Positions 27,710 to 37,693 of a stretch of DNA of 64,000 nt are shown here, piece by piece. The stretch is from Prevotellaceae bacterium (GTDB taxonomy: Bacteria > Bacteroidota > Bacteroidia > Bacteroidales > Bacteroidaceae), in the NCBI GenBank assembly GCA_030531085.1, contig JAUNOM010000002.1, positions 11,094 to 75,093 of the forward strand. The letters run 5' to 3'. How positions within the stretch are numbered: position 1 is the first letter of the stretch; the number at the start of each line of letters is the position of its first letter. The position numbers and the translations under genes were made by a program. The notes beneath the pieces are model-generated. The model saw only the letters and a list, made by a program, of their open reading frames with translations. It was not told the origin of the DNA and did no database searches.

Positions 27710-28164
27710 GTGAAAAATCAAAGTGTCAGGAAAACGGCCTTTTTTCTGACACTTTGATTTTTTGCGATTGCGGAGAATGCCCTCGTTTCAAAATTATTTT
27801 CCGACGGGCCTGTACAGCGCATTCTCTGGCGATTTTGATAACACACTGTCAGACAGAATATTAACAAAACCCTTCCGTAAAAGACACACTAAAACGCCAG
27901 AAAAAGGGCGCCTTTACGCTGCAATATGATAGAGATTGCTGTGCGAAAGCTATCTTTTCACATGGTCAAAGCTATCGTTTTAGGGTGCGAAAGCTATCCT
28001 TTAGCTTTCTATATGCCGCAGATACGACTTTAAACATCGTATTTTTGACCCGGAAACGCGGCAACGCTATATATTTTCTCTCTATTTTGCGAGGTGAGGA
28101 CGACAGTCCCAAAATATCAAAACGTCACAAAAACGGCTGTTTCTGTGACGTTTTGATATTTCAC
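27710..28164. mobile_element. Putative non-autonomous ~455-bp element with hairpin-forming inverted termini (copy 1)
   Basis: Hairpins at 27713-27762 and 28111-28161; the ends are imperfect inverted repeats (23/30); internal blocks are shared with 44271-44693. Confidence 0.6.
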
Positions 28165-28177
28165 CCCTTTTCCATTC

Positions 28178-29215
28178 TCATTCCCTAAGCAACGTTCTCG
28201 CGGTCTCGATGATGGTGTCTATTCCGCGCCCCATGTCCTCCCGGGTCATGGACACGCTGATATGCGGCGGTATACCGTGCTCGGTTGAGTTGCCTTCGGC
28301 ATTGAACATCGGGCAGGCCGACAGCCTCACGCCCCAACCGTTAGGCAGTTCGGCGGAGTATGGCATTCCTGAACCGCCGCCCGTGACATCGCCTATCACC
28401 GTGACATTGGGCATACGCTTCATGTACTTCACAAACTCGTTGGCTGCGCTGTACACGCTCCTGTTTGTCAGCACACACACCTTCTTGTGCCACCTGATGC
28501 CTGCGGCTGGCGCTATCCACTGCTCCTCCATGGCCGAGAAGTCGTCATGACCCGGCCCTGTCTTATGCTGCATATAGCCGACAAGGGTGTTCCCGTCGCA
28601 GAAACGTGCCGCAAGGCGGTGCGCCTCCGTCAGCTTTCCGCCGCCATTATTGCGCACATCCACTATAAGTCCCTGGCAGGAGCTAAGGTAGAGCATCACC
28701 TCGTCAATGTTTCCGTCCCCTATCTCGTCGGCAAAGCTGCCTATATACACGTACCCCGTGTTGTCATCAAGTATGCGGTAGTACATTCCGGAGGCTATAC
28801 GGTAGTCCGTGCCGAGATAACGGCGATGAATTGAGTCGGAGAAGTTTGCGGCATAGTCCTCCTTCCACGACCAGTTGCGCGCCATGTCGAACGATGCCGA
28901 TAGGTTGACATGGCCGTCGCGCAGCTCGCCTGTCATGCGTCCGAGGAACTCGAACAGCTGTGTGCGCGACATTCGGTCGTTGACATTGGCGGCGTAGCGG
29001 CTGTGCACGTCGTCCCAGTTCACGCCAAACTCGCGCTCCTTCTCCGTGAAGAAGCAGTAGCGCTCATCCATTATCCTCCACAGCGCCTCCATGTTGTCTG
29101 TGGCGGTGTTGTCATACTCGTCCACATCCACGCACGATGCGAGGGAGAGGATGGCGGACATTATGACGGCCACCCATGCGGCGGCCCTTGCTGTCATTGC
29201 TGTAGTATACTTCAT
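28178..29215 (-). CDS. S41 family peptidase lipoprotein
   Basis: LASC lipobox; LRDGHV, IVDVRNNGGG, SAANEF, GDVTGGGSG. Confidence 0.9.
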   Translation of the reverse strand: MKYTTAMTARAAAWVAVIMSAILSLASCVDVDEYDNTATDNMEALWRIMDERYCFFTEKEREFGVNWDDVHSRYAANVNDRMSRTQLFEFLGRMTGELRDGHVNLSASFDMARNWSWKEDYAANFSDSIHRRYLGTDYRIASGMYYRILDDNTGYVYIGSFADEIGDGNIDEVMLYLSSCQGLIVDVRNNGGGKLTEAHRLAARFCDGNTLVGYMQHKTGPGHDDFSAMEEQWIAPAAGIRWHKKVCVLTNRSVYSAANEFVKYMKRMPNVTVIGDVTGGGSGMPYSAELPNGWGVRLSACPMFNAEGNSTEHGIPPHISVSMTREDMGRGIDTIIETARTLLRE

Positions 29216-29223
29216 AGGGAGGG

Positions 29224-30024
29224 CTATTTGCGCACCACCACACCGATGGTGGCGGCGTTGTAGTAATTGTGCTGCTTCAGATTGTTGGGCTTGGCCTGCC
29301 GGTAGTCGCCGAGATAGCCCACACGCAGGGCGCAGCGCGCCGAGAAGGGGATGTCAAGACTGATGTGATGACGCAGCTGCGGCACGGCGACAGAGGTCAC
29401 GACAATGTTGTGGTCATAGTCTCCGCGGTTGAATATCTCATAGTACGACTGCCCATAGTTAGGCGAGAACATCACGCCCACAAGCGGCAGGCGCGCCTCC
29501 CAGTTCACTCTCATGGCCTTGCCCCACAGGGTGAAGCCATAGTTAAGCATCACGTGCGGCCCGATGTCAACGGACATATAGCCCTGTGCGGGGTTGTTGG
29601 CGGAGGTACGTGTATTGTATGCGAAGCCGACAGAGTAGTGCGCCATGGCGCCGACAAGCAGTCTAAGCCTGTCATGGGCCATATTGAAGCGGCGCGCGGC
29701 GGTATACGAGAAGTCATAGCCGCCGCTTATCTCGCTGGCTGTCTCCGCCCTGTTGTGCGTACTCGCCATGGTGCCCTCGTGGATGAGTATGTATGCCATG
29801 GGACGCTTGGCGCTGCTGCGCACCACCTCGGACATGAAGCGTCCCTGAAAGCCACTGTACTTCTCCGGTGACAGATAGGTGTCCAGATTGTCCGTGGCGC
29901 CTAAAGCAAGTTGTGTTGCCACCTCCTGTGCGCCGGTATGGTGCATAGAGAGTGACAACACAACTGCTGTGATGTAAAGTCTTATGTTCATGTTACTCCT
30001 TATGAGCGGTTTTAGTATAGCCAT
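29224..30024 (-). CDS. DUF3316 family outer-membrane protein
   Basis: DTYLSP..YSG, NNPAQ, FSPNYGQSYYEIF; sits between parC and the S41 peptidase. Confidence 0.75.
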   Translation of the reverse strand: MAILKPLIRSNMNIRLYITAVVLSLSMHHTGAQEVATQLALGATDNLDTYLSPEKYSGFQGRFMSEVVRSSAKRPMAYILIHEGTMASTHNRAETASEISGGYDFSYTAARRFNMAHDRLRLLVGAMAHYSVGFAYNTRTSANNPAQGYMSVDIGPHVMLNYGFTLWGKAMRVNWEARLPLVGVMFSPNYGQSYYEIFNRGDYDHNIVVTSVAVPQLRHHISLDIPFSARCALRVGYLGDYRQAKPNNLKQHNYYNAATIGVVVRK

Positions 30025-30058
30025 TCGGGTGACGGTGTTCTGTGAGTCGGCACGGATT

Positions 30059-32788
30059 TCAGAAGAGGTTCAGCTGTCCCGTAATCTCATCGCGTACCTG
30101 CTGCTCGCTCTTTCCTGCATCCGGGTCGAGATTCTCCTCCTCCTGCGCCTCCATATCGCCGTCATTCCCCTCTCCGTCATCATCCGCCGTATCCGGCCCG
30201 GGCTGCCGCAGCGGCTCCAGCTCGTCAACCTTGGCAACGTTGAAGGTTGATATGCGCTTGCCCTTGGCCTTGAAGCCCTTCACGGTGATGAACTGCTCCG
30301 CGTCTATCTCCATAGCCTCACGGAAGGCGTCATTGCCGCCGAAGGTGACAAGGATGCGCGGATAGGGCTGGTCCGTGAGCAGAAGCAGCCTGCTCTTGGG
30401 GTTCTCTCCGACAAAGGAACGGTGGTTCTTTGAGGCCTCCATCTCAAAGCGCTTGATGTAGGCGAACCCATTGTTGTCGGCATCCAGTACCACCGCGGTC
30501 CATGGCTTGTGCTCGTCCCACTTCTCAATACGCATGATGTTCTGCTCGAAGTGGTTATTCGGGTCTGCGGAGGTGATGTAGAACTCTCCGTTATCCAGAA
30601 TGACAAGGATGCTGTCATCGTCCTGAAACTTGCCCAGTGACACGCCATGCGCGTCATAGTTGAGACGGTTCACGTCAGCGTCCCACCACACCTCGCGTCC
30701 GCCCAGTGTGGAGTGGCCGTGGCTCTTCAGCCCAATCTTGTGGATGGGCATCCTGGACAGGATGTTACCACGTGAGCCGCGCCCCTTGACAGCTACGCTG
30801 GCAAAGTCCTTCTCCATAAACAGGCGCTTGACTTTCGGCCCCGGCTCAAGTGTCACCTTTATCACCTCGGCCTCTCCGTTGGGATTGGCGGTGAAGTAGA
30901 GCACGCGGCTCTGCGGCGTGCCGAGGGTCAGGTCATACTCGCGGTCACGTGTGCACGTGTCCACATTAAATCGCTTGATGTAGTACGTACCGTTGGCCCC
31001 GTCGCGGTAAACTGCATTGTATGTGGTGCGCTTGTCATTGCGTTTCCATATCCCGACGTGTATTATGTTCTTGCCAATGTTAATCTTCTCGGCCACGCGC
31101 ACTATCTTGTACTTGCCGTCCCTGTAGAAGATTATGACATCGTCAATGTCGGAACAGTTGCAGACAAACTCCGCCTTCTTCAGTCCTGTGCCCAAGAAGC
31201 CCTCCTTTCTGTCTATGTACAGCTTCTCGTTAGCCTCAACGACCTGTGCGGCCTCAATGGTGTCGAAGTTGCGTATCTCCGTCAGTCGCGGATGGTCAGC
31301 GCCGTATTTCGCCTTCAGATGCTCAAACCACTCGCACGTTATGTCCACAAGATGTGCCAGGTCATGCTCTATCTGCTTTATGTCCGCCTGTATTCTGGCT
31401 ATCAGCTCGTCCGCCTGGTCCTTGGAGAACTTCAGTATGCGCTTCATCTTTATCTCCATCAGGCGCAGGATGTCCTCCTTCCGCACCTCGCGCACCAGCT
31501 GCGGATAGAACGGAGTGAGACGCTTGTCGATGTGCTCGCAGGCCTTGTCGAGGGTCTCCGCATTCTCATAGCCCTTGTCCTTGTATATGCGCTCCTCGAT
31601 GAATATCTTCTCCAGTGAGCAGAAGAACAGCTGTTCCAGAAGCTCGTTGCGCCGTATCTCAAGCTCACGCCCTATCAGTGCCTTGGTCTGGTCTGTGCTT
31701 GAGCGCAGCACATCGCTCACAGTGAGGAACTGGGGCTTCCTGTCCTTGATGACACAGCAGTTTGGTGAGATGCTGATCTCGCAGTCCGTGAAGGCATACA
31801 GGGCGTCAAGGGTCTTGTCGGACGACACGCCCGGCGCGAGATGTACCAGTATCTCCACGCTGGCGGCGGTCATGTCCTCCACCTTCCTTACCTTTATCTT
31901 GCCCTTCTCCACCGCTCTGGTGATGCTGTCGATAAGCGTCTCCGAGGTCTTGGAATATGGAATGTCGCGTATTACAAGTGTCTTCTGGTCTATCTTCTCT
32001 ATCTTTGCCCTTACCTTTATGCCTCCGCCGCGCTGACCGTCATTGTATTTTGACACGTCAATGAAGCCGCCCGTGGGGAAATCGGGGTACAGTCTGAAGT
32101 CCTCACCACGCAGATAGGCCACAGCCGCATCGCAGATCTCGCAGAAGTTGTGGGGCATTATCTTGGAGTTCAGTCCCACCGCGATACCCTCAACGCCCTG
32201 TGCCAGCAGCAACGGGTACTTTACGGGCAGGGTTATAGGCTCCTTGTTACGTCCATCGTATGACATCTGCCATTCCGTTGTCTTGGGATTGAACACTGTC
32301 TCCAATGCAAACTTGGACAGTCTTGCCTCTATATAGCGCGGTGCGGCGGCTGACGAGCCTGTAAGTATGTTGCCCCAGTTGCCCTGAGTGTCTATGAGAA
32401 GGTTCTTCTGGCCTAACTGTACCAGCGCGTCACCTATCGAAGCGTCGCCGTGGGGATGGAACTGCATGGTGTGACCCACTATGTTTGCCACCTTGTTATA
32501 GCGGCCGTCATCCATCCTCTTCATAGAGTGCAGTATGCGGCGCTGCACTGGTTTCAGGCCATCCTCTATGTGCGGCACCGCACGCTCTAAGATAACGTAT
32601 GAAGCATAATCAAGAAACCAGCGCTGATACATTCCACTAAGGTTGTGGACTACGGCAGCGTCAAAACGATTAGCGGGACGGTGGCCGTCTGACTCCGTCT
32701 CGCTAATCGTCTCCTCTGTCGCCGCATACTCTTGTGGGATAGTGGTATTATGACTTTCTATGTTCTCTGTCTTCTCTTCGTCGGACAT
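30059..32788 (-). CDS. parC: DNA topoisomerase IV subunit A (Bacteroidota type)
   Basis: ERAVPHIEDGLKPVQRRILH, FHPHGDASI, AAPRYIEARL (catalytic Tyr). Confidence 0.92.
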   Translation of the reverse strand: MSDEEKTENIESHNTTIPQEYAATEETISETESDGHRPANRFDAAVVHNLSGMYQRWFLDYASYVILERAVPHIEDGLKPVQRRILHSMKRMDDGRYNKVANIVGHTMQFHPHGDASIGDALVQLGQKNLLIDTQGNWGNILTGSSAAAPRYIEARLSKFALETVFNPKTTEWQMSYDGRNKEPITLPVKYPLLLAQGVEGIAVGLNSKIMPHNFCEICDAAVAYLRGEDFRLYPDFPTGGFIDVSKYNDGQRGGGIKVRAKIEKIDQKTLVIRDIPYSKTSETLIDSITRAVEKGKIKVRKVEDMTAASVEILVHLAPGVSSDKTLDALYAFTDCEISISPNCCVIKDRKPQFLTVSDVLRSSTDQTKALIGRELEIRRNELLEQLFFCSLEKIFIEERIYKDKGYENAETLDKACEHIDKRLTPFYPQLVREVRKEDILRLMEIKMKRILKFSKDQADELIARIQADIKQIEHDLAHLVDITCEWFEHLKAKYGADHPRLTEIRNFDTIEAAQVVEANEKLYIDRKEGFLGTGLKKAEFVCNCSDIDDVIIFYRDGKYKIVRVAEKINIGKNIIHVGIWKRNDKRTTYNAVYRDGANGTYYIKRFNVDTCTRDREYDLTLGTPQSRVLYFTANPNGEAEVIKVTLEPGPKVKRLFMEKDFASVAVKGRGSRGNILSRMPIHKIGLKSHGHSTLGGREVWWDADVNRLNYDAHGVSLGKFQDDDSILVILDNGEFYITSADPNNHFEQNIMRIEKWDEHKPWTAVVLDADNNGFAYIKRFEMEASKNHRSFVGENPKSRLLLLTDQPYPRILVTFGGNDAFREAMEIDAEQFITVKGFKAKGKRISTFNVAKVDELEPLRQPGPDTADDDGEGNDGDMEAQEEENLDPDAGKSEQQVRDEITGQLNLF

Positions 32789-32827
32789 ATCTTATCTTTA
32801 AGGAAATTGTATTAAGGTGGGGAGAGT

Positions 32828-33490
32828 TTATTGGAACGCGGGCCATTTCTCACCGCTACGGGCAAAGGAATGCAGCGTTATGTCGAAGAACATCATGCTG
32901 TATGACGGTATTGTGCTTGATATGGTTGAGCCGTCAGTAAGCGGATACGGCACACATATCTCCCAACGGTCGCCAAGGTGCATATTCATGACGGCAGTGG
33001 CAAAGGCATTGCAGTCGCCGCCCACGGCGTAACTCTGCGGAACCATGGTCTGCGGATTGTACTCTCCCAGCCATGATGAGTCGAATTGGAAGCCAAAACC
33101 GCCGAAGCCCTCAGACTTTACGTTATATGATGCTGACGGCATGAGGTATCGGCGTATGTGCACTCGCACGGAATCAGTGTAATATGGCGACTCGGCGTAT
33201 GACGGTTTGGTGCACTCTTCATGCTCCGCCTTCTGGCTAAGCACATGAACAATGATATAGTCCGTATGCGCGCCTTCCGTATCAGGGTTCCTTGAATATG
33301 CCTTTATGAGCTTCCACTTAGTGGGATTCTTCGCTATGCTGTCAAGGGCTCGCTGGTACATCAGCTCGAAATGCTCCACATTACGCTGCTGCCAGTTATC
33401 ATATTCCGTGTCACTGTCATCAGACTCGGAGCAGGATGTGGCACACACCATACAGGTGCATACAAGTATCATATAAAGTATTCTCTTCAT
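32828..33490 (-). CDS. FKBP-type peptidyl-prolyl isomerase lipoprotein
   Basis: ATSC lipobox; DSVRVH, MHLGDRWEICVPYPL, IPSYSMMFFDITL. Confidence 0.8.
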   Translation of the reverse strand: MKRILYMILVCTCMVCATSCSESDDSDTEYDNWQQRNVEHFELMYQRALDSIAKNPTKWKLIKAYSRNPDTEGAHTDYIIVHVLSQKAEHEECTKPSYAESPYYTDSVRVHIRRYLMPSASYNVKSEGFGGFGFQFDSSWLGEYNPQTMVPQSYAVGGDCNAFATAVMNMHLGDRWEICVPYPLTDGSTISSTIPSYSMMFFDITLHSFARSGEKWPAFQ

Positions 33491-33506
33491 TGTATTATAA
33501 AGAACA

Positions 33507-33541
33507 CCCCTCCGCCTCGCCTTACGGGTGCGGCGGAGGGG
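33507..33541 (-). terminator. GC-rich stem-loop after glycyl-tRNA synthetase
   Basis: CCCCTCCGCC / GGCGGAGGGG. Confidence 0.55.
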
Positions 33542-33585
33542 AATGTAGCGGACTTTGTTAGTATATGGTTTTGTCTTTCCTTGTC

Positions 33586-35130
33586 TTATTGCAGCTTCTT
33601 GAGCAGGGAAGTGATGGTAACCTGATCCTCAATGATGCCGCGCAGGTCTGCAATGTTAACCCTCTTCTGCTCCATGGTGTCGCGATAGCGCAGCGTCACG
33701 GTGTTATCCTCAAGGGTCTGATGGTCTACGGTAACACAGAACGGTGTGCCTATGGCGTCCTGTCTGCGGTAACGCTTGCCTATCTGGTCCTTCTCCTCAT
33801 ACTTGCAGTTAAAGTGGAACTTCAGATCATTCATTATCTCCATCGCCTTCTCGGGCAGTCCGTCCTTCTTGGTCAGTGGGAACACGGCGAGCTTTACAGG
33901 AGCAAGGGCGGCAGGCAGATGCAGTACGGTGCGTGTCTCGCCGTTCTCCAGCTTCTCTTCCTCGTATGAGTGGCACATGATGGAGAGGAACATACGGTCC
34001 ACACCGATTGATGTCTCAATGACATACGGGGTATATGACTCGTTAATCTCCGGATCAAAGTACTTGATTTGCTTGCCGCAGAACTTCTCATGCTGTGACA
34101 AGTCGAAGTTAGTACGTGAGTGTATGCCCTCAACCTCCTTGAAGCCAAACGGCATACGGAACTCTATATCGGTAGCGGCATTGGCATAGTGAGCCAGCTT
34201 GTCATGGTCATGGAAGCGGTAGTTCTCTGACCCGAAGCCGAGATTCTGATGCCATTTCATTCGAGTCTCCTTCCATTTAGCGAACCAGTCAAGCTCTGTG
34301 CCCGGCTTAATGAAGAACTGCATCTCCATTTGCTCAAACTCTCGCATACGGAAAATGAACTGTCGCGCCACAATCTCGTTACGGAAAGCCTTTCCTATCT
34401 GCGCTATGCCGAACGGAATCTTCATGCGGCCCGTCTTCTGCACATTGAGATAGTTCACAAATATGCCCTGTGCTGTCTCCGGACGCAGGTAAATCTTCAT
34501 GGAACTGTCTGCGGAAGCGCCCATTTCTGTAGAGAACATGAGGTTGAACTGACGCACGTCTGTCCAGTTACGTGTGCCTGATATCGGGCATACTATCTCC
34601 TCATCAAGTATAATCTGCTTGAGCATATCCAGATCCATGGCATTCATAGCCTCGGAATAGCGTGTATGCAGGTCGTCGAACTTCTTCTGATTCTCAAGCA
34701 CCCGTGGATTAGTCTGACGGAACTGCGCCTCATCAAAGCTGTCACCGAACTTCTTTTTCGCCTTAGCTATCTCCTTTGCTATCTTATCCTCATACTTCGC
34801 CATCTGCTCCTCAATGAGGACATCGGCGCGATAGCGCTTCTTTGAGTCGCGGTTGTCAATGAGAGGGTCATTGAAGGCATCAACGTGTCCGGATGCCTTC
34901 CATATAGTTGGATGCATGAAAATAGAGGAGTCAATGCCAACAATGTTGTCATGCAGCAGAACCATTGACTGCCACCAGTACTGCTTGATGTTATTCTTCA
35001 TCTCCACACCGTTCTGACCGTAGTCGTAAACTGCGCCCAGACCGTCGTAGATGTCACTTGAAGGGAACACGAAACCGTATTCCTTACAGTGGCTTACAAT
35101 CTTCTTGAAAACGTCTTCTTGCTGTGCCAT
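33586..35130 (-). CDS. glyQS: Glycine--tRNA ligase (alpha2 type)
   Basis: YLRPETAQGIF, IAQIGKAFRNEI, FRMREFEQMEMQFF, IGKRYRRQDAIGTP. Confidence 0.97.
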   Translation of the reverse strand: MAQQEDVFKKIVSHCKEYGFVFPSSDIYDGLGAVYDYGQNGVEMKNNIKQYWWQSMVLLHDNIVGIDSSIFMHPTIWKASGHVDAFNDPLIDNRDSKKRYRADVLIEEQMAKYEDKIAKEIAKAKKKFGDSFDEAQFRQTNPRVLENQKKFDDLHTRYSEAMNAMDLDMLKQIILDEEIVCPISGTRNWTDVRQFNLMFSTEMGASADSSMKIYLRPETAQGIFVNYLNVQKTGRMKIPFGIAQIGKAFRNEIVARQFIFRMREFEQMEMQFFIKPGTELDWFAKWKETRMKWHQNLGFGSENYRFHDHDKLAHYANAATDIEFRMPFGFKEVEGIHSRTNFDLSQHEKFCGKQIKYFDPEINESYTPYVIETSIGVDRMFLSIMCHSYEEEKLENGETRTVLHLPAALAPVKLAVFPLTKKDGLPEKAMEIMNDLKFHFNCKYEEKDQIGKRYRRQDAIGTPFCVTVDHQTLEDNTVTLRYRDTMEQKRVNIADLRGIIEDQVTITSLLKKLQ

Positions 35131-35263
35131 TTTTCTTATATCGAGTTATTTATGATTATTTATGTGAATAATTCGTTATGAGGTACAAAATTACAACTTT
35201 TTTCTTGAATAATGATTAATTTCGCACTTTTTAACCATTACGGGCACTAAGCGCCCTTATCTT

Positions 35264-36439
35264 TTAGTTAACAGAGTCTGCATACCCCACTCTTCGCCAC
35301 ACTACGAGCAGAGCTGTACAGGCATAGCATACCATCTGCATCCATAATGCCTGACATTCTCTCGCTACGTCCGGAAGCAATGCGCCCATGCTGCTCATGC
35401 GTATAAAGCCACGGATGCCGAATGTGCTTGGGAACAGAGTGGAAACACCTTGCCAGAAGCCCGGCATAGCGCTCTGCGGCCAGCTGACTCCGGAGAGAAA
35501 CAGCAACGGTACGGATGAGAACACGACCACAAGCATCACACTCTCGCGGTATCTTACAAGCTCGCTCAACGTTATCGCAAAGAAGACACAGGCAAGGAGA
35601 TAAGGGATAAAGAAGAGTAACAGGTCCATACCATGGACTAACGATACAAAACCGAAGAAGCGCGGCACCACAAGCGTAATCCATGCAAGCATAACACTGA
35701 ATATTAACAGATAGGCTGACGACTTGCCGCAGAGCACTGTGACGGCCTGTCGCATTCTGCTGCGGCCTTTATCACGCCGATAATTGGCGAAGGCACGCTC
35801 CCGTTCCGTACCGGATATCATTCCTACTCCAAGCAGCATGGCCTGCTGTATTATGAGCACAAGCACCCCGGGCAGTATAAAATTGCCATAACCACCCGTG
35901 GTATTGAATATAGGCACTTCGTCAAACGTCAATGGCTGTGTGGCAATAGCATCGTCACGGTCCGTCTTACCGCCAAGACGCTGCCGCTGTATGTCCGCCC
36001 CCATATCCATAGCCACTGCTGTGGCGGCGGAAAAAATAGCCTTGTAGGTCAGCATATAACTCATATCACAGTACAAACTGATATGCGCCTGCTCCATTCT
36101 GCCGCACTTTCTGTCAAAATCAGCTGGGATGTACACTATGCCGTACGCCTCACCACGGCCTATATGGAGCCGTCCTTCGTCAATACTGCCACTCCTGTAC
36201 GCTATGTTCACATCGGGAGAGGCGTCAAGACGCATTGAGAACTCACGGCTCATGGCCGAATGCGAGTCGTCAACAAGCACGACGGGCACATCGCGGACCA
36301 CCTCATTGTTGTATATCCACGAATAAATCAGCGGATAGGCAATTGGCAGGAAGAAGAAGAAGAGCATCACCCCCTCATCCTTTACTATGGCTTTGAGTTC
36401 TTGTATCATTGTCATCATCTGTGGATATGCAGCACACAA
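35264..36439 (-). CDS. ABC-2 type exporter permease
   Basis: VPVVLVDDSHSAMSREF; YGNFILPG; LSGVSWP. Confidence 0.88.
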   Translation of the reverse strand: MCAAYPQMMTMIQELKAIVKDEGVMLFFFFLPIAYPLIYSWIYNNEVVRDVPVVLVDDSHSAMSREFSMRLDASPDVNIAYRSGSIDEGRLHIGRGEAYGIVYIPADFDRKCGRMEQAHISLYCDMSYMLTYKAIFSAATAVAMDMGADIQRQRLGGKTDRDDAIATQPLTFDEVPIFNTTGGYGNFILPGVLVLIIQQAMLLGVGMISGTERERAFANYRRDKGRSRMRQAVTVLCGKSSAYLLIFSVMLAWITLVVPRFFGFVSLVHGMDLLLFFIPYLLACVFFAITLSELVRYRESVMLVVVFSSVPLLFLSGVSWPQSAMPGFWQGVSTLFPSTFGIRGFIRMSSMGALLPDVARECQALWMQMVCYACTALLVVWRRVGYADSVN

Positions 36440-36448
36440 GTGCCTGTG

Positions 36449-37663
36449 TTATGGCTCATAGCCGAAATTAATGAATGCGTTCCTCATCCTGCGCATTACA
36501 AAAACCGGCAGTATAGCGAAGAATATCAGAACAACAATATGTGGAAAAGCGTCTGAAAGCGGATAATCATTGAAGACGCACAGCTGGTATATCATGAAAT
36601 AATGGCGTACGGGGAACATCCAGGACAACGCCTGCAGGGGCGCATCCATTGCGAACACGGGGAATGCGGAACCAACCATGGAGAAGCTGAGCACTCCCCA
36701 CAGCGAGCAGACGCTCATAGCCATGCGCAATGACGGTACAAGTCCGAACATGAACACTGCAAATCCCTGGGCTGCCACAACAGAGAGGACGCACAATAGC
36801 AATATTCTGCCGGCGCCACCCGGTGCGGGGAAATGCAGAAAGCCAAACATACAGGTCATACTGAACAGCAACACCGCCGTGAACAGCAATGTCTGGGGGA
36901 GGAGTTTGGCGAACATTGCCTTGGCAAAACTGCCGTCCGACAGCGCAAGCCACTCCTGCTGTGTGCCGAATTTCAATTCTGTGCCTAATGAGTACACCGT
37001 TATAAGAAACACAAACAGCAGTATGCTGGCCGGTATAATCATCGTATTCAAGTATATATTATAGTTTATCCATGGATTTCCCACATTATGCGTATCCAGT
37101 TGTATAGGTTGCAGCATAGCCATTGCCTGCTGTTGCGTCGCACCCTTTGCCAACAGCGTCGCCTGTCCCACTGCCGCTGCCGCGAGAGTGCACATTGTCT
37201 TCATCTCCTTATACAGCAGCGAGCCTGCCATGATGGAGGTATTACTATAGTATACGGACATTCTTGGCTGGCGTGCGGACAGCAAGTCCTGCGTGAGGTC
37301 CTTCGGAAAAAGCACAAAGCCGTATATCTCATCACGCTGCATAGCCTTGCGCGCCTCGGCAACCGTTGGATAATGCGCCACGACATGGGATGACTGGAAT
37401 GCGTCTATGAGGCGTGTCAGCTTCCGGGTGGTAGTGGTATTGTCCTGATCCACGATACCTATCGGCATATCCACGGGCTGTCCGTTATTCATCATCGTAG
37501 TGAAGAACACGGTAACGAATAACGGCAGCGCCACCATACATATAAGGTATATAGGGTGGTGTATAAGTATTGACAGCTCACGCAATAGCGCCTGGCGCAT
37601 ACCGGACGCGCGACGCTCTTCCTTTTCCTGTCCGCTGTTGTCAGTGTTATTCTGTAAACTCAT
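36449..37663 (-). CDS. ABC-2 type exporter permease
   Basis: MPIGIVDQDNTTTTRKL; NPWINYNIYL; FPVFAM. Confidence 0.88.
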   Translation of the reverse strand: MSLQNNTDNSGQEKEERRASGMRQALLRELSILIHHPIYLICMVALPLFVTVFFTTMMNNGQPVDMPIGIVDQDNTTTTRKLTRLIDAFQSSHVVAHYPTVAEARKAMQRDEIYGFVLFPKDLTQDLLSARQPRMSVYYSNTSIMAGSLLYKEMKTMCTLAAAAVGQATLLAKGATQQQAMAMLQPIQLDTHNVGNPWINYNIYLNTMIIPASILLFVFLITVYSLGTELKFGTQQEWLALSDGSFAKAMFAKLLPQTLLFTAVLLFSMTCMFGFLHFPAPGGAGRILLLCVLSVVAAQGFAVFMFGLVPSLRMAMSVCSLWGVLSFSMVGSAFPVFAMDAPLQALSWMFPVRHYFMIYQLCVFNDYPLSDAFPHIVVLIFFAILPVFVMRRMRNAFINFGYEP

Positions 37664-37693
37664 AGCCAGAATGATGGGTACACGTCCCTTTCA

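Noticed and set aside
30059-32788. Calling the topoisomerase gyrA
   Set aside because: No GyrA box was seen; the motif variants and DUF3316/S41 context fit Bacteroidota ParC.
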